A stretch of DNA of 64,000 nt, from positions 173,910,001 through 173,974,000 of the forward strand of contig NC_042997.1 in assembly GCF_006345805.1 (NCBI RefSeq). The letters run 5' to 3'. The notes beneath the pieces were generated by a model. That model searched no databases. It was not told the origin of the DNA and was given only the letters and a program-made list of their open reading frames with translations. Of the stretch, positions 12,831-26,850 are shown in pieces. A program made the position numbers and the translations under genes. This DNA is from Octopus sinensis. Taxonomy: Eukaryota. Within the stretch, counting starts at the first letter, position 1. Each line of letters opens with the position of its first letter.

Positions 12831-13040
12831 AAGGCAGACTTGTTCGGACGCCGGGCGATATGCTTAGCGGCATTTCTTCCGTCTTTACGCTCTGAGTTCA
12901 AATTCCGTGGAGGTCGACTTAGACTTTCAGAATTTCGAGGGCGATAAAATAAGTATCAGTGAAGTACTGGGGGTCAATGTAAACGACGTAGCCACTCCCC
13001 CGCAAACCTGCTGACCTTGTGCCAAAATTTGAAACCAATA
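12831..13040 (+). mobile_element. SINE family A (A2)
   Basis: GCCGGGCGATATGCTTAGCGG...GAGTTCAAATTCC...GCCAAAATTTGAAACC. Confidence 0.85.
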
Positions 13041-13561
13041 TTTCATGTAGAGAAATGAAAGACACGCGCATACACACACGCACACACACACACAGAGGCA
13101 GGCAGGCAGATATAGTTACAAATATACACTTTCACATACAGACGTACATTAACTATACATCACTGCATCATTCCTGTAAATGACACATTATTTATTTATT
13201 TGTTTATTTATTTATTCATTTATTTATGTTTTTATTTTTGCTGCATAACTAATTTTAGTCGGAGCTACAACAAAAATGTATATGAATTATATATAAGAAG
13301 TCAATCTCAAAAATGTCAAAAAAAAAAAGAAGATATGGATATATTTTATTTAGGTGAATGCATTTTTCGCGATATCACGATGTTTCGAAAGTCTTACAAC
13401 TTGCACTGCTTAGGATCGATTTACCGGAGTAACTAAATACACAAAGACCCAGAAAGTGATATATTCATTCGTCTAAATTGTTCTACGACTAAATTGAGCG
13501 AGTTGCAACTGTAAATGATGATCGGAATAATGGTTACATTCTTAACTAAAAGTAGCCTTAC

Positions 13562-13592
13562 GTGTCATGTTACTGCTTTGATAATTGTCTGG
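13562..13592 (-). CDS. Candidate 31-nt micro-exon (PDNYQSSNMT+1 nt)
   Basis: Good acceptor TGTCTTTATCAATACAG and donor AC|GTAAGG; phase 0 to 1, compatible with the 11070-11206 candidate. Confidence 0.2.
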
Positions 13593-13627
13593 CTGTATTG
13601 ATAAAGACAGGTTTCGAGGGGTTAATG

Positions 13628-14265
<638 letters not shown>

Positions 14266-14350
14266 CATATAAATTCGACTTCGAGCAAATAAATAGAAAG
14301 AAGCGAGTGCTTTCGTAAATATCCGAAAAAAATATATTTACATACGTATG

Positions 14351-15037
14351 TATGTACGGCCACACCTTGAATACTGCTGCCCACTGTGGTCTCCCCATAC
14401 AAGACAAAACATCTCCAGAATTGAATCACCCCAGAGGGCACTCACTAAACAAATTGAAGGCATGGCTGCTCTCGATTATTGGGATCGCCTTAAAGCCTTG
14501 AAACTTTATTCCCTCAAGCGTCGCCGTGAGCGGTACATCATTTGTACGATGTGGAGAATATACCGCCAACTTTGCCCAAACGACCTAAACATTAGCTTCA
14601 AGGTTCATCCAAGACTTGGACCACGGGCTATACGTCCCCTGCCAAATTCAAGATCACAACATACATGTACACTGCAACATAATTTCTTTTCCTCAACAGG
14701 CCCTGCCCTATTTAACATTGTCCCGAGGGAGATCAAAGAGGAAAAGGATCCCATCAACTTTAAACGGAGTCTGGATAGATTCCTTCAAAGAATACCAGAT
14801 AAGCCACCCATAATTGAATACAACTCACCCAACAAGAACTCACTACTTGAACAAAACTTGATACAACTCACCCAACAAGAACTCACTACTTGAACAAAAC
14901 TTGACTTAAACAAAACTTGACTTAAAAAAAACTTGCCTTAAACAGGATTCGAATAATCCTATCAGGTGGTGCTATTAAGTTAGACATGGCCTGGACCAAT
15001 CTTTGGTCGAAACATATCTAAGTTTATCTAAGTTTAT
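14351..15037 (+). mobile_element. 5'-truncated CR1-like LINE (ORF2 C-terminus plus 3' UTR)
   Basis: ORF 14348-14893 YVRPHLEYCCPLWSPH...IESPQRALTK.IEG..YWDRLKALKLYSLKRRRERY is typical of the CR1/L2 RT C-terminus. 3' stem-loop GACCA-ATCTT-TGGTC, tail (ATCTAAGTTT)x2, flanking direct repeat TATGTAC (14351-57 and 15035-41). Confidence 0.9.
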
Positions 15038-15851
15038 GTACACAAGCATTAAAACATGCCCTCACACATTCACACCCGCACTCCCAAGCGCGCACGTACG
15101 CACATAGACAGATGGGCAACACACGCACACACTCACACAAGTTTAATCCAATAAGCATGTTTATGTCAAAATATATTTTACTTCGCCTGAATGTCTCTTC
15201 AGAAAACTCACACATATAAGCATACGTACATTCACACACACACATGCAGACTTATACAAGTACATACAGATACACATACATATATATATATATGCACGCT
15301 TATTATAATACTCTATGTAATATATTTGTAGATTTTTTTCCCCTAAATCCTTACGTTACGAAAAATGTAAGCAATATGTTTACATAGACATTACTCTCAT
15401 GAACAGGGAAGCAGAAACCATATGTACGTCTATACGTATGTGTCTGTGTATACGCGAAGACGCAAAGCTCTTTACATGAAACTTGCAATCCACGAATTCT
15501 TATTAAACACTTATTCTATTGATTTCGTTACATGAATTAATTCCTAAAAAATTTAACCCTTGGCATTGGATCACAGCCAATTTAAATGAATGTTTTAGAG
15601 TGGTACTGAAGAAATATTGATTCGAATCATCTAATAATTTCAATTATTTACCTTACATCTATATCAAACTATAGTTAAATTTATAGTTCGCCTTCTTATA
15701 TTAAAGACTAATCTTTCCCTTCTATGGTAATCTGCCTTTTAGTGTAATTTAGTCATTCATTACTTAACGTTTATTTTTTTTTCGAATGTGTTCATTTTAA
15801 CTGAAGATTTGTGTTTACTGTACATTTTAAGCCAATGATTATGACAAAATT

Positions 15852-15871
15852 CATCATCATCATCATCATCG

Positions 15872-15920
<49 letters not shown>

Positions 15921-16570
15921 TCTTGCTTAATTTACGGATTGTTTTGGCTTGTTCTCTGCAATCTATTAGGGCTGCCATTATACATAATAGGTCTCCTCGA
16001 TGGCACTCGGAGTCTTCGCACAGTTTCTTTATATAGGTTCGATGTAGTCTACCTACATTTGCGTGCTCGTGCTTCGGTTCTTAGAGAAGAACATCGCTGA
16101 TGATATCCTTCTTGCTCATCTGACGTCGTGCGTTATTGGGAGCAAATTACCATAGAGCAGTTCTTTCGTACGGTGTTGTCTCCAGATGTCCACAGCAGCT
16201 TGAAGCATTCTTAAATAAGTTCCGTCAATTTCCTTTTCACGACACTTTGTTAGAATCCATGTACATCCATATGTTAGATTTGACGGCACAATCGTCTGAA
16301 AGAAATTACGTTTCAAATTCAATGGAAACTTAGATTTCTAAGCTGCTGATAATTTATTTAAAGCTTCTCAGGCATGCAGATTCGGGCATGAACATCACTT
16401 GCAGTCAGATCTTCTTTTGCTATTTTACTTCCAAGGTATGAAAATTCGAAAGCATTTTTCAAGAATTTTCCAGTTAGTTACATTTCCAGTTATGTCGAGT
16501 TAATGTTACCGCACTGGTTGTACAACTTATATTATGTCTTGTCCGAAAGATAAGCATGACTTTTTCTATC
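15852..16570 (-). mobile_element. RTE-clade LINE 3' fragment (decayed) with (GAT)n tail
   Basis: FSYLGSKI...DVHARI...LKRNFFQTIVPSNLTYGCTWILTK.REKEIDGTYLRMLQAA..W.QH.T...LYG.L...SDVLL..PKH...GR..RTYI..L..D; ends in (GAT)n at 15852-15920. Confidence 0.85.
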
Positions 16571-17116
16571 ATGTTAACACGATAATTTTCCCCGATGTCA
16601 AACTGTAGTTTATTTACATTCATATCATTTTTATTTACACTGGTAATATCTAATATTATTTTAACAGGAAACGTGATACTATTACTTGCTTACACACAAA
16701 TAATTATTTTGTTTGTGTGCTTGTAAATTAACAACTATTATCCTACAAAACATTGAAACATGACGATATGACATGATATGATATAACAAATATACATGCA
16801 ATTATACATATGAGTGCAGTTTTTTTCTCCAGTGAAACCGAGTTTGTTTCGTGACTAAAGTTTCACGTTACTGCAATCTTGAGGCAAGAACTGTTACAAC
16901 TCTATATTAGCGGCGTATTTGTTAATCTTTTAGTGTCTTATATGTATGTATTATGTATGTATGTATGTATGTATGTATGTATGTATGTATGTATGTATGT
17001 ATATATGTATGTATATATATATATATGTATGTATACATGTAGGTATGTATGTATATGTATCTGTGCACAAATATGCATGGTTTTCCAGTAACCCATATTT
17101 TATGTAATATATTTAT

Positions 17117-17301
17117 TTATTTGGAACTTAGCATTTTTTCATTTTTTAAAGTTTTGTCTTGGTATCTAAGATATATTTCGATATATGTTTGAATCGTATT
17201 CTTCTGAATACTAGGCTCTACATTAATTTCATCTTCATAGATTGCACTTACACTATCTTTAACTTTACTCTTTATTATCGCATATTTTTTCCTCAGAAAA
17301 A
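17117..17301 (-). CDS. Candidate phase-1 terminal exon (xFLRKKYAIIKSKVKDSVSAIYEDEINVEPSIQKNTIQTYIEIYLRYQDKTLKNEKMLSSK*)
   Basis: 61 open codons in very AT-rich DNA after a TATTTAG acceptor; basic start (LRKK) and Tyr motifs resemble a receptor cytoplasmic tail (inference). Confidence 0.22.
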
Positions 17302-17518
17302 CTAAATATTTACATTTTTATATTTGTATCAAGAAATAAATTTTCTTATGTATGTACTGTGTTAACCTAAACAATTGATTTGGTTTCCTTTATTACACCG
17401 ACTGGAATATATTCCAATCTTCGCATCTTACTTCCATATTAATATTCTCAATTGAAGCATACCTCTTTCTAATTTGATAATTATTGTGGCGAGAATCAGT
17501 GATTCAAATCAACACACA

Positions 17519-17603
17519 GGGCTATAATAGAAGACACTCGCTCAAGGTACCACCCAGTGGGACTGAACTCGGAATTATATGTTTGAGAAGCACGCCTGCG
17601 CCT
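17519..17603 (-). mobile_element. SINE family B head fragment
   Basis: Reverse complement of AGGCGCAGG...GTTCAGTCCCACTG...CTTGAGCGAGTGTCTTCTATTATAGCC. Confidence 0.75.
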
Positions 17604-18464
17604 ATTATAAAAACATTTTGTATTATATATACGATTTTGTCATTCGTTATTACAGATGCTCAACGATCCACATTTTAGCAATCGCTTTTAATTACATTGG
17701 TTGCTGACAATCTAAATATTACGAACCATAAAATATTTCAACCAAATAGGAATTTTATATCGATTCAGTTTTTTTTGTTTTTTAATGAATATTAGATTTA
17801 TTTATAATTCTAAACGAAATTATAATAGCTATCGCAATTCAGTCACAACATTATATTTGTAAAATTCAAGTATAAATAAAATGAAAACATTTTCTGCTTT
17901 TCTGGTCTGATGACTTGGAAATGTTTTGGTCTGGTTGCTTAGAATTAATAAGAATATTAACTTCTGAAATCATATGAAATAAATTGAAAATTTCTATTGA
18001 GAGTGATATTGGTTACTTGAGCTATTTAGCTTATATAGTTTCGTTTAAATTTGATATTTATTATATGATTTGCTGATTTTGTTTTAAAAGAAAGCAAATT
18101 CTTCAATATGATACACCGATCTTAAAAAAGGTTTTATGACTACATAGTTTAATAGTTTAATAGTTTTGACATTATGTAAAAAAATAAAGTTCAGCCTAGC
18201 CTTCTAGTAACTTGATTTTCAGTATCCTCCCAGTGATTTCCGTTACGAACTTTGTATTCATAAGTTTGTAAACATTTAGAATATACCGTACAATGAAGCA
18301 TATATTTAACATCCTTCAAATACATACGTACAATTTTTCAATTTACTCTCATCCTATATTTGTATTAATCTCACTTTCTCCTTTTTATCGTACACACAAA
18401 CACATATACAAAACATGCATACATGTGTGGTGTGAGTGTAGTATATATATGTATATATATATAA

Positions 18465-18556
<92 letters not shown>

Positions 18557-18557
18557 G

Positions 18558-18795
18558 GGAGAGTTTACGAAAAAACAAAAGACGAAGACAGGTGGTGTAC
18601 AAAACAACAGATGTATTAGTATAACGCTCAGGAATAAAAAAAAAAGTCCTTTACGTTTCGAGCCTACGCTCTTCTACAGAGAGGGACACAGAAAAAACAA
18701 GGAGAGAAAAAATGTGTGTAGTGGCTAACGATCTATCATGGCGTCTGACTCGGACAGAAGGGTCACACACGAGATGGAAAGTAGAGGAGATAACA
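18558..18795 (-). mobile_element. Penelope-like terminal repeat fragment with degenerate hammerhead motif (18648-18684)
   Basis: Minus strand CTGTAGA-A-GAGC-GTAG-GCTC-GAA-ACGT-A; core A6 altered; flanked by (TA)n. Confidence 0.55.
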
Positions 18796-18842
<47 letters not shown>

Positions 18843-19015
18843 ATATACTAAGCAATCAAGGGTTTAGCAACGAATTGCCTTACCACATACCGAATTTAGA
18901 AATAGCAGTCAAAGGGTTATAGCTATTTCTTCTACTAAAAAGGGAGATCTCAGTAAAAACAGCAATTGGAAGGCAGACACAAACAGGTAAGAGAGAATGA
19001 ATAGACGGCATCTAT

Positions 19016-19072
<57 letters not shown>

Positions 19073-19239
19073 AATACTACTTCACATGTCCCTTTTCTGA
19101 TCAGCTTTTGGATTACTCTTTATTGTTTCTGATTTTCCCGCGCAATACAGTTATTTATTCTATCTTTGATTCTTCTAACACGCGTATATATAGTTAAAGA
19201 TCTTTCTCAAACACCGTTTGTATGTTTGTATATATATAT

Positions 19240-19425
19240 TGTGGAAGGGCTGTCGTAGTTGTGTGATAAGAGGTTTGCTTCCCAACCACATGGTTCCCTG
19301 TTCAGTGCCACTGCGTGGAAATTTAGGCAACTGCCGTTTACTGTAGCCTCGGTCCAGCCCAAACCTTGTGAGTAGATTTGGAGGACGGAAAATGTAGAAA
19401 ACCTGTCATATATATGTTTGTGTGT
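19240..19425 (+). mobile_element. SINE family B 5' half (diverged)
   Basis: CCCAACCACATGGTTCCCTGTTCAGTGCCACTGCGTGG...CTTGTGAGTAGATTTGG. Confidence 0.75.
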
Positions 19426-19463
19426 GTGTGCCCTTTTTTGCATCACCTAACTGTCTGGATGTT

Positions 19464-20349
19464 GGATCTTTTCAATTCTGAAGCCAGTTTTTTCAAATTT
19501 TTCCTACTGAACCAAACAATTTGAAACTTCGTATACTGGTAGAATGTGTCAAAAGTAAACTTAATTGTAAACCAGAATGAAAACGGAATTGTAACTTCTA
19601 AGTTTAACGTTGTTTAATAATTAGAATTTTAACCAATGATATTCCGTCATTCGGCTTTATTTTATTTACTCCGTCTCGACCACCAATTTGGTGACGTATT
19701 AAACATTTAAATGTAAACAAGCCGCATGTCTCCGTGAAATCTCCTCTAATTATTTAACGTACTCATGTTTCCAGGATCCTATAGTCAGCCACCTTCTAAT
19801 AACAATATTTAAAACTAGTTAATAAGCCACATGTATTAAATTGAAAATGTTTCCATTCTGTTAGTACTTGCTTTCGTTTGCTATTAAGAAGTGGCATCTC
19901 AGTGACGAGGCTTCTAAACAAATTTCGTTTCTAAGCTAATGCGTTTCATTTCACTTATTGTATTTATTTGTGCAAAAGGCAAGAAATTTAATATTAAAAA
20001 AGCAAAGAGCTGGCAGAAACGTTAGCACGCCGGGCGAAATGCGTAGCCGTATTTCGTCTGCCGTTACGTTCTGTGTTTGTTTACAGTTTTCCGAATGTTA
20101 GTACGTCACAAAAGCGCTTTCTACGTCACACTAATAGAATGCAGTCAAGTTTTACACATGAAAACAAACAATCTGATTGGTTAAAATTCGCAGTTTTAAT
20201 CTACGATTAAAGTCATAAAATAGATTTTTCTCAAATAAACTAGTTCCAACGTGTGTCTTGTTTTGCTAGACTCTATCAGCATACGAAGTTTCAGAATATT
20301 TAGTTAAGTAGAAAGATCTGTGGTCCTGGCTTCAGAATTGAAAAGATCC
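19464..20349. mobile_element. 886-bp non-autonomous DNA transposon (Merlin-like MITE)
   Basis: Perfect 24-bp TIR GGATCTTTTCAATTCTGAAGCCAG / CTGGCTTCAGAATTGAAAAGATCC; perfect 8-bp TSD TGGATGTT (19456-63 and 20350-57). GG-starting TIR plus 8-bp TSD fits Merlin; superfamily is an inference. Confidence 0.85.
20007..20072 (+). mobile_element. SINE family A head fragment nested in the MITE
   Basis: GAGCTGGCAGAAACGTTAGCACGCCGGGCGAAATG...TTACGTTCTG. Confidence 0.85.
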
Positions 20350-20689
20350 TGGATGTTTTGCGTTCTTGTCCCATTTTTGTATTTTTTAGATATGAAATAT
20401 AGCTGCGTACGTTCACTTTGGTCTCTTATATGTAAGTATATATATATATATATATATATCTAAATTTTGTACGACTCTATTATCTTTTATTCTTTCTTTC
20501 TCTCCTTTTTTCTATTAGCCCTTTCACACTTCGTTCATTCCACTCTTCGTTCTTTCGTTCCCCCTCACTCACATTTCCTGGCCTTCTCTTCATGCTCACT
20601 TATCCTCCTCTTTCACTTCACTGTGTCCCATTTTTTCTCGCCCCTCCTTAATTCTTCTATCCCTCTGTTTCTGCTTCTCTCTCTTCTCT

Positions 20690-21375
20690 TCCCACGTGAC
20701 CAGTGTTCGGCCAGGCCTGACCTTTCTTTCTTGGTTCGACTACCATCAGTGTATCATATATATTTCTCCATGTGCCTGTTATGTCCCTGCCGTAACGTAT
20801 TACTTCCACACACGCCAGCTTAATTTAATTCGTCCTTAGTCGAAAGACAACTGTTGTTATGCCCTGTTAACTGCATTTGTACTTGTAACAATTCTCTGTT
20901 TTTTCCGTCTTTATTTTCGTATGCATTCGCTGCTTTCTTCCAAGGAATCTAATGCTCTTAGCTTATTTTTCCATCAGGCTGGCCAGATTGGAGCATTCTC
21001 GAGTATAACCAGCCGAAATTACAAAGATAAACTGGAACTCGACTGAAGATTGAAAACTCCGAATGACCCATATTTGTTTTCCTATATAGTCTGTCTGGAT
21101 ATTTTTTCCCTTTTTTGTATCACATAACTGTCTGGATGTTTTGCGTAATTGTCCCATTTTTGTATCTTGCATATATGTGTATCGTTGGCGATTTTCTTTC
21201 TCCGTCTTCCCTTCTTTAGACTTTTTCTATATTTCTGACGAAGAGGTCCGCTCGAAACGTGAAATCCTCTTTCTTTTCTTTCCTTTCCTGAGCGTCCAAT
21301 ACAACTGTACTTATTCCACGTCCTCACGTTGTTGTTTGTTTTTGTTGTTTTTTCTTGCTAGTTTATGTCTGGATT
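20690..21375 (+). mobile_element. Penelope-like terminal repeat region, family P1, with hammerhead-like motif at 21231-21265
   Basis: ATTT-CTGACGA-A-GAG-GTCCG-CTC-GAA-ACGT-G-AAAT (cleavage position G, likely inactive). The downstream CTGAGCGTCCAATA...GTTCCACGTCCTC tail is shared with the 22910 and 30520 copies. 5' limit is approximate. Confidence 0.6.
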
Positions 21376-21390
21376 AACTATGTATATATA

Positions 21391-21454
<64 letters not shown>

Positions 21455-21693
21455 GTATATTATATATTATATGTATATATATATGCATATATGTATGTTT
21501 ATATATGCATATATATATATTATTTATAAGAACGTAAAATGAACAGGCTTTAATCATAAGTATATACATATACATAAATATAAATATATAAAAAGACACA
21601 CACCCAGACACACACACATGTATATATATATTTATAAATAAATATATACATATACATATATATATGTGTGTGTGCATATATATATATGTGTGC

Positions 21694-21729
<36 letters not shown>

Positions 21730-22904
21730 AGAAAAGGGAGGTAGTAAAAATTTGGATAAAAACTTTGTATTTATCGCTTTCGTCACTTTCAGGGGATTAT
21801 TTCTTATAAAAGATATACAAGTAATAAATATGCGAGTTATTTTAAAAGAGAAATCTGGAGTTGAATTTATTCTCATGGGTTTTGAAAAGAGGAGGTTTTG
21901 GGAGTGATCATTTGTGATGTTCGTCATTTTGAATCTACACGCAGTCACACACACACTCATAGATACACACACACTCACACACACACACGCACACATACAC
22001 ACATATAGATAAATATATATATCAATACATTTGTATGTGCGAATACCCCCTTGTGCCTACGTGAACTCGTGTCCTTTTGTATGTATGTATGTATGTATGT
22101 ATATACACATTCATATTTCAAAAGTAATTGAAGTAAAAAACTGGGTTTGGTTTGGTTTGAAACATTATTTCTGACACTATATCCTGAAGAGCCTTCAGAA
22201 CGAAGACCACTGAGCACCAGTTCAGAGATGTTCGGGAAATGTAGCCACATCAAAAAGTATTTTTTACGGAAATGAGTAATACTATATTCTCCGTACGAAA
22301 ATGTACGACACAAATGAACGGATATTTGAAATTGAAATTACTGTGCATGATTTCTTGAGTTTTGCTATCACTTTCTTAATCCCTCTTTGCTTTTCTTTCT
22401 CTCTCTGATTTCGATATGCTTGTCACAAAATTCTATTTTCTTATCCTTCACCACTATCATATTCGTTATATGCTCTTCATAGCATATCATCACCTTAATT
22501 ATTACGTTATATAGTTCTTCCTCAAGCCTAACAAAAAGAGCAAAAAAAAATTTAAAAACATACCAACATTTCCTAAGTGGTAACACTTAAAATATTCAAC
22601 ATTTATCTACTAAATATTATTCACAATAGCGGAAGTAGAAGCGTTCCTATGTTTTCGTCACGTCCTAGAGCCGCACGGCTGTATTTTGTTTCTATATGTA
22701 TATTTATTTTGGCTGTATATTCATGTTTGTGCCATATTTGTTTACGTCATTGTCCCCAACATTGAATGGAGGCATGAAATGAAAACTTGTAGCAGCTGTG
22801 AATATTACTGGTATTGGTTTATAAATATAAATGCTGGCCTACATTTTTGTATCTTGTTTATGCATACATTCACATATGTATATATATATATAAAGTTAAT
22901 CCAA

Positions 22905-23095
22905 ACATGAAAACACAAAGAGAAAACACAACGCGAGGACGTGGAACAAGTATAGTATTATTGGACGCTCAGAAAAGGAAATAAAGAGGATTTAACGTTT
23001 CGAGCGTAGCTCTTCTTCAGAAATATAGGGAAAGAAAAGATCTAAGGATGGGATGACGGAGGAAGAAAAATCGCCAACGATACACGCGCGGTCAC
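22905..23095 (-). mobile_element. Penelope-like terminal repeat, family P1
   Basis: Reverse complement of the 21180-21375 block. Confidence 0.7.
22990..23024 (-). ncRNA. Minimal type I hammerhead ribozyme-like motif (intact core)
   Basis: Minus strand ATTT-CTGAAGA-A-GAGC-TAC-GCTC-GAA-ACGT-T-AAAT: stem I ATTT/AAAT, 4-bp stem II, palindromic stem III ACGT, triplet GUU. Confidence 0.65.
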
Positions 23096-23371
23096 ATATA
23101 TATAAACGTATATATATACGTATATATAAATTAAATTAGAGATAAAACCACAATTAGGCAAATCAAACAGTGAAAATCATAAACCAAAACTTAAAATATA
23201 AACAAAAATTAATATAATTTACAATATATATAAAATATAAAATTTAAAATTTAAATTATTCGAATTTAAAATTATTAATTTATATTTATATTTATAATTT
23301 TCTTTTAAAATTATATATAACTATAAAAAAATATTAAAAGGTTTATTATAAGATACGCATATAAATATGCA

Positions 23372-23446
<75 letters not shown>

Positions 23447-24004
23447 ATTTAGTATGTGCGTATATATATGTATAGGTATATATATCTGTATACATATATA
23501 TATACATATATATATATTTATATACATACACACACGCACACATATATGTCTATATATATAGACCTTTAGATAAATACACACACATACATACGTACATACA
23601 TACATACATACATACATACACACACACATACATAATACATAATACATAATACATATATACGTACATGCATGAATACATAAAGACATTGATATGACTTACC
23701 CAATGCGATGTCATAGACGTATGTGAGTGTGGATGCGAATAGAATAAACCTTACGATGCATATATGCGTGTTTCAATGTTGCGAGAAATATACGTCAAAT
23801 ATATACATACAACAAATAGATATATATACCCGTCAATATTGTATACGTGTATTCATCCCATGAGATTGCTCGACACAGGATATATCAGCTAAGCATAATA
23901 TTTATGAACAGGAAAATGGAAATTCTTCATATAGAGCTGACCTCAACACTAATCGTAATAGCTATAGCCAAACATATAGCTAAGTTTTCAAGCAATCATG
24001 GAGA

Positions 24005-24044
24005 AGTAATAATAATGATAATAATAATAATAATAATAATAATA

Positions 24045-24077
<33 letters not shown>

Positions 24078-24092
24078 TAATAATATATAATA

Positions 24093-24135
<43 letters not shown>

Positions 24136-24272
24136 ATTGATAATAATAATAATAATGATAATAATAATAATAACATTAATAATAATGATAACATAATAGC
24201 AACAATAATAATAGTAATAATAATAATGATAATATTATCTTATTATTATTATCATCATTATGATTATTATTA

Positions 24273-24306
<34 letters not shown>

Positions 24307-24366
24307 CATCATCATCATCATCACTATTATTATTATTATTATTATTATCATCATCATCATCATCAC

Positions 24367-24447
<81 letters not shown>

Positions 24448-24465
24448 CATCATTATTATTATTAC
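24005..24465. repeat. (AAT)n followed by (ATT)n compound microsatellite (fold-back)
   Basis: The strand of the repeat flips at ~24232. Confidence 0.95.
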
Positions 24466-24891
24466 CTTTTATTTATTGCCGCAAGGGAAAAGGCTGAGGG
24501 GGACATAGTCGTGTCAAAGTGTTATAAAATTAATAATAAAGATAATAACGTTGATAAGGTTTAATAAGTATATACCCGGATGTGCCCCTGATGTTGAAAA
24601 CATGGTGAAAACCATGATGATGATGATGATGATGATGGTAGAGATGGAAGGGTTAATAACAATAATAATAATAACAACAACAACAACAACAAAAATCATG
24701 CTAATAATAATCACAAACAATGTATAATAGGGCAATAAATAAAAAAAAAAGTTGCTGCATTATAGGAGCAACGAAAAAAAATATTTATATGAATGCAAAA
24801 CAAAAAGAAGTTTTATCCCTCGTGGAAAAGGCAGACAGTAAAAAGAAAAGTTGTGGATACCTAAGTGATTGGAAAGAATTTTAATAATATA

Positions 24892-24989
<98 letters not shown>

Positions 24990-25111
24990 CATAAATATGT
25001 ATATATACATGCATTTTACACATGTATATATACTTAAATGTATACAAATATACATACATATATATACCTGCACACATGTGCATGGATATTTATGCGAGCG
25101 AGTATATATAT

Positions 25112-25174
<63 letters not shown>

Positions 25175-25265
25175 CATATATATATACATATATATATAAC
25201 ATACATACATATATATATCTATGTATATATATATATATATATTATATATTATATACCTACATACA

Positions 25266-25307
<42 letters not shown>

Positions 25308-25599
25308 ATGTATGTATATATATGTTGTATGTATTGTAACAATATCTACGCAGATAGATATAATGTTATATTATACTACAATATATCATATTGCATTACA
25401 TTATATTATTATATTGTAATGCATGGTATTATATATGTATATTTATGTTTATGTAAGATATTCAACGACCCAGGAGGACAATTGTATCAAACAAAAAGAA
25501 ATCTTTTAACAACAAAAAACAAATAACACCTACAAGTTCTCTAAAAACGCAAGCATTTCCGTCGTCCTTCCCTTCTTTCTTATCTCTTTGGCATACGAA

Positions 25600-25728
25600 T
25601 GAAATATAAATAATAATGATAAAAATATCGGCAAAATAACAATAATAATAATAATAATAATGATAAGGATAATAATAATAACAATAATAATAATAATAAC
25701 AATAGTGATAATAATAATAGTAATAATG

Positions 25729-25774
<46 letters not shown>

Positions 25775-25785
25775 TAGTGATAATG

Positions 25786-25820
<35 letters not shown>

Positions 25821-25935
25821 GCTACTACTGTTACGGCTACAAGTTGTATGAATAAAAGTATTAACAATATGATACTAATAAATAATACTGCTCATAATAA
25901 TTATTATTATCATTATTATTATTATTATTATTATA
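25600..25935. repeat. (AAT)n-rich microsatellite
   Basis: Direct observation. Confidence 0.9.
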
Positions 25936-26190
25936 AAAACACTACCTACCTAAAACAACATCAAGAAGAACAAATATTGAGAAGGCACCGACGGCAATGA
26001 CGATAAAACTGATGACAGTGATGGCAAGAAGATTTACGAAAACATGTTATTCCGTTATGGCAAATTTCGTTTTATGGGGCAAAAATATATTCGACCGTCT
26101 TGAGAATAATACGCTTAGGCCAGTCGAACTTGGAGTTCATGTACAGCTATATATCAATTTTTTAACATACTTTTTTTTCAGGCTTTACAC

Positions 26191-26267
<77 letters not shown>

Positions 26268-26543
26268 CACACACACACTCTCTCTCGCACACACATTTGT
26301 ATATAAATATATAAATATATAAATATATAGCATATATGTACATATGTACGTATATATACATATATATACTTATGTACATCTACATCTCTATATACATATA
26401 TAAATATATGTTTATATATATATATATGTATGTATGTATATACATAGATATATAAATATATGTTTATATATAATATATATTATATAGGCGCAAAAAGGCG
26501 GTGCATCAGCATGGCCGCCAGCTCTGAGCTGAAACTTTAATGA

Positions 26544-26577
<34 letters not shown>

Positions 26578-26609
26578 TATTAATATATTGCAAATAAGAA
26601 ATATCTAGC

Positions 26610-26671
<62 letters not shown>

Positions 26672-26719
26672 GTGAGCGCGCATACATTCATACACACATG
26701 CTTGTACACGTCGTTTGAA

Positions 26720-26850
26720 GTCATACGGCTTTGAGGATCAGGTGTTTGGCTTAAGTGTGTTCGATTTCCCGCATGTGTAGAGAGTTGGTTCTCGAACAAA
26801 CCACTTTATTTCATATTGCTCCAGCACACGCAGCTGAAATTCGAACACCA
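26720..26850 (+). mobile_element. SINE family C remnant
   Basis: GTTCGATTTCCC...TTCTCGAACAAACCACTTTATTTCATATTGCTCCAG resembles 54076-54130. Confidence 0.45.

Noticed and set aside
14990-15025. Hammerhead in the CR1 tail (hairpin followed by GAAAC)
   Set aside because: No CUGANGA upstream; better explained as the LINE 3' recognition stem-loop.
26485-26540. SINE-B head joined directly to a tail as a possible mini-SINE
   Set aside because: Single, very short and diverged instance; insufficient evidence.
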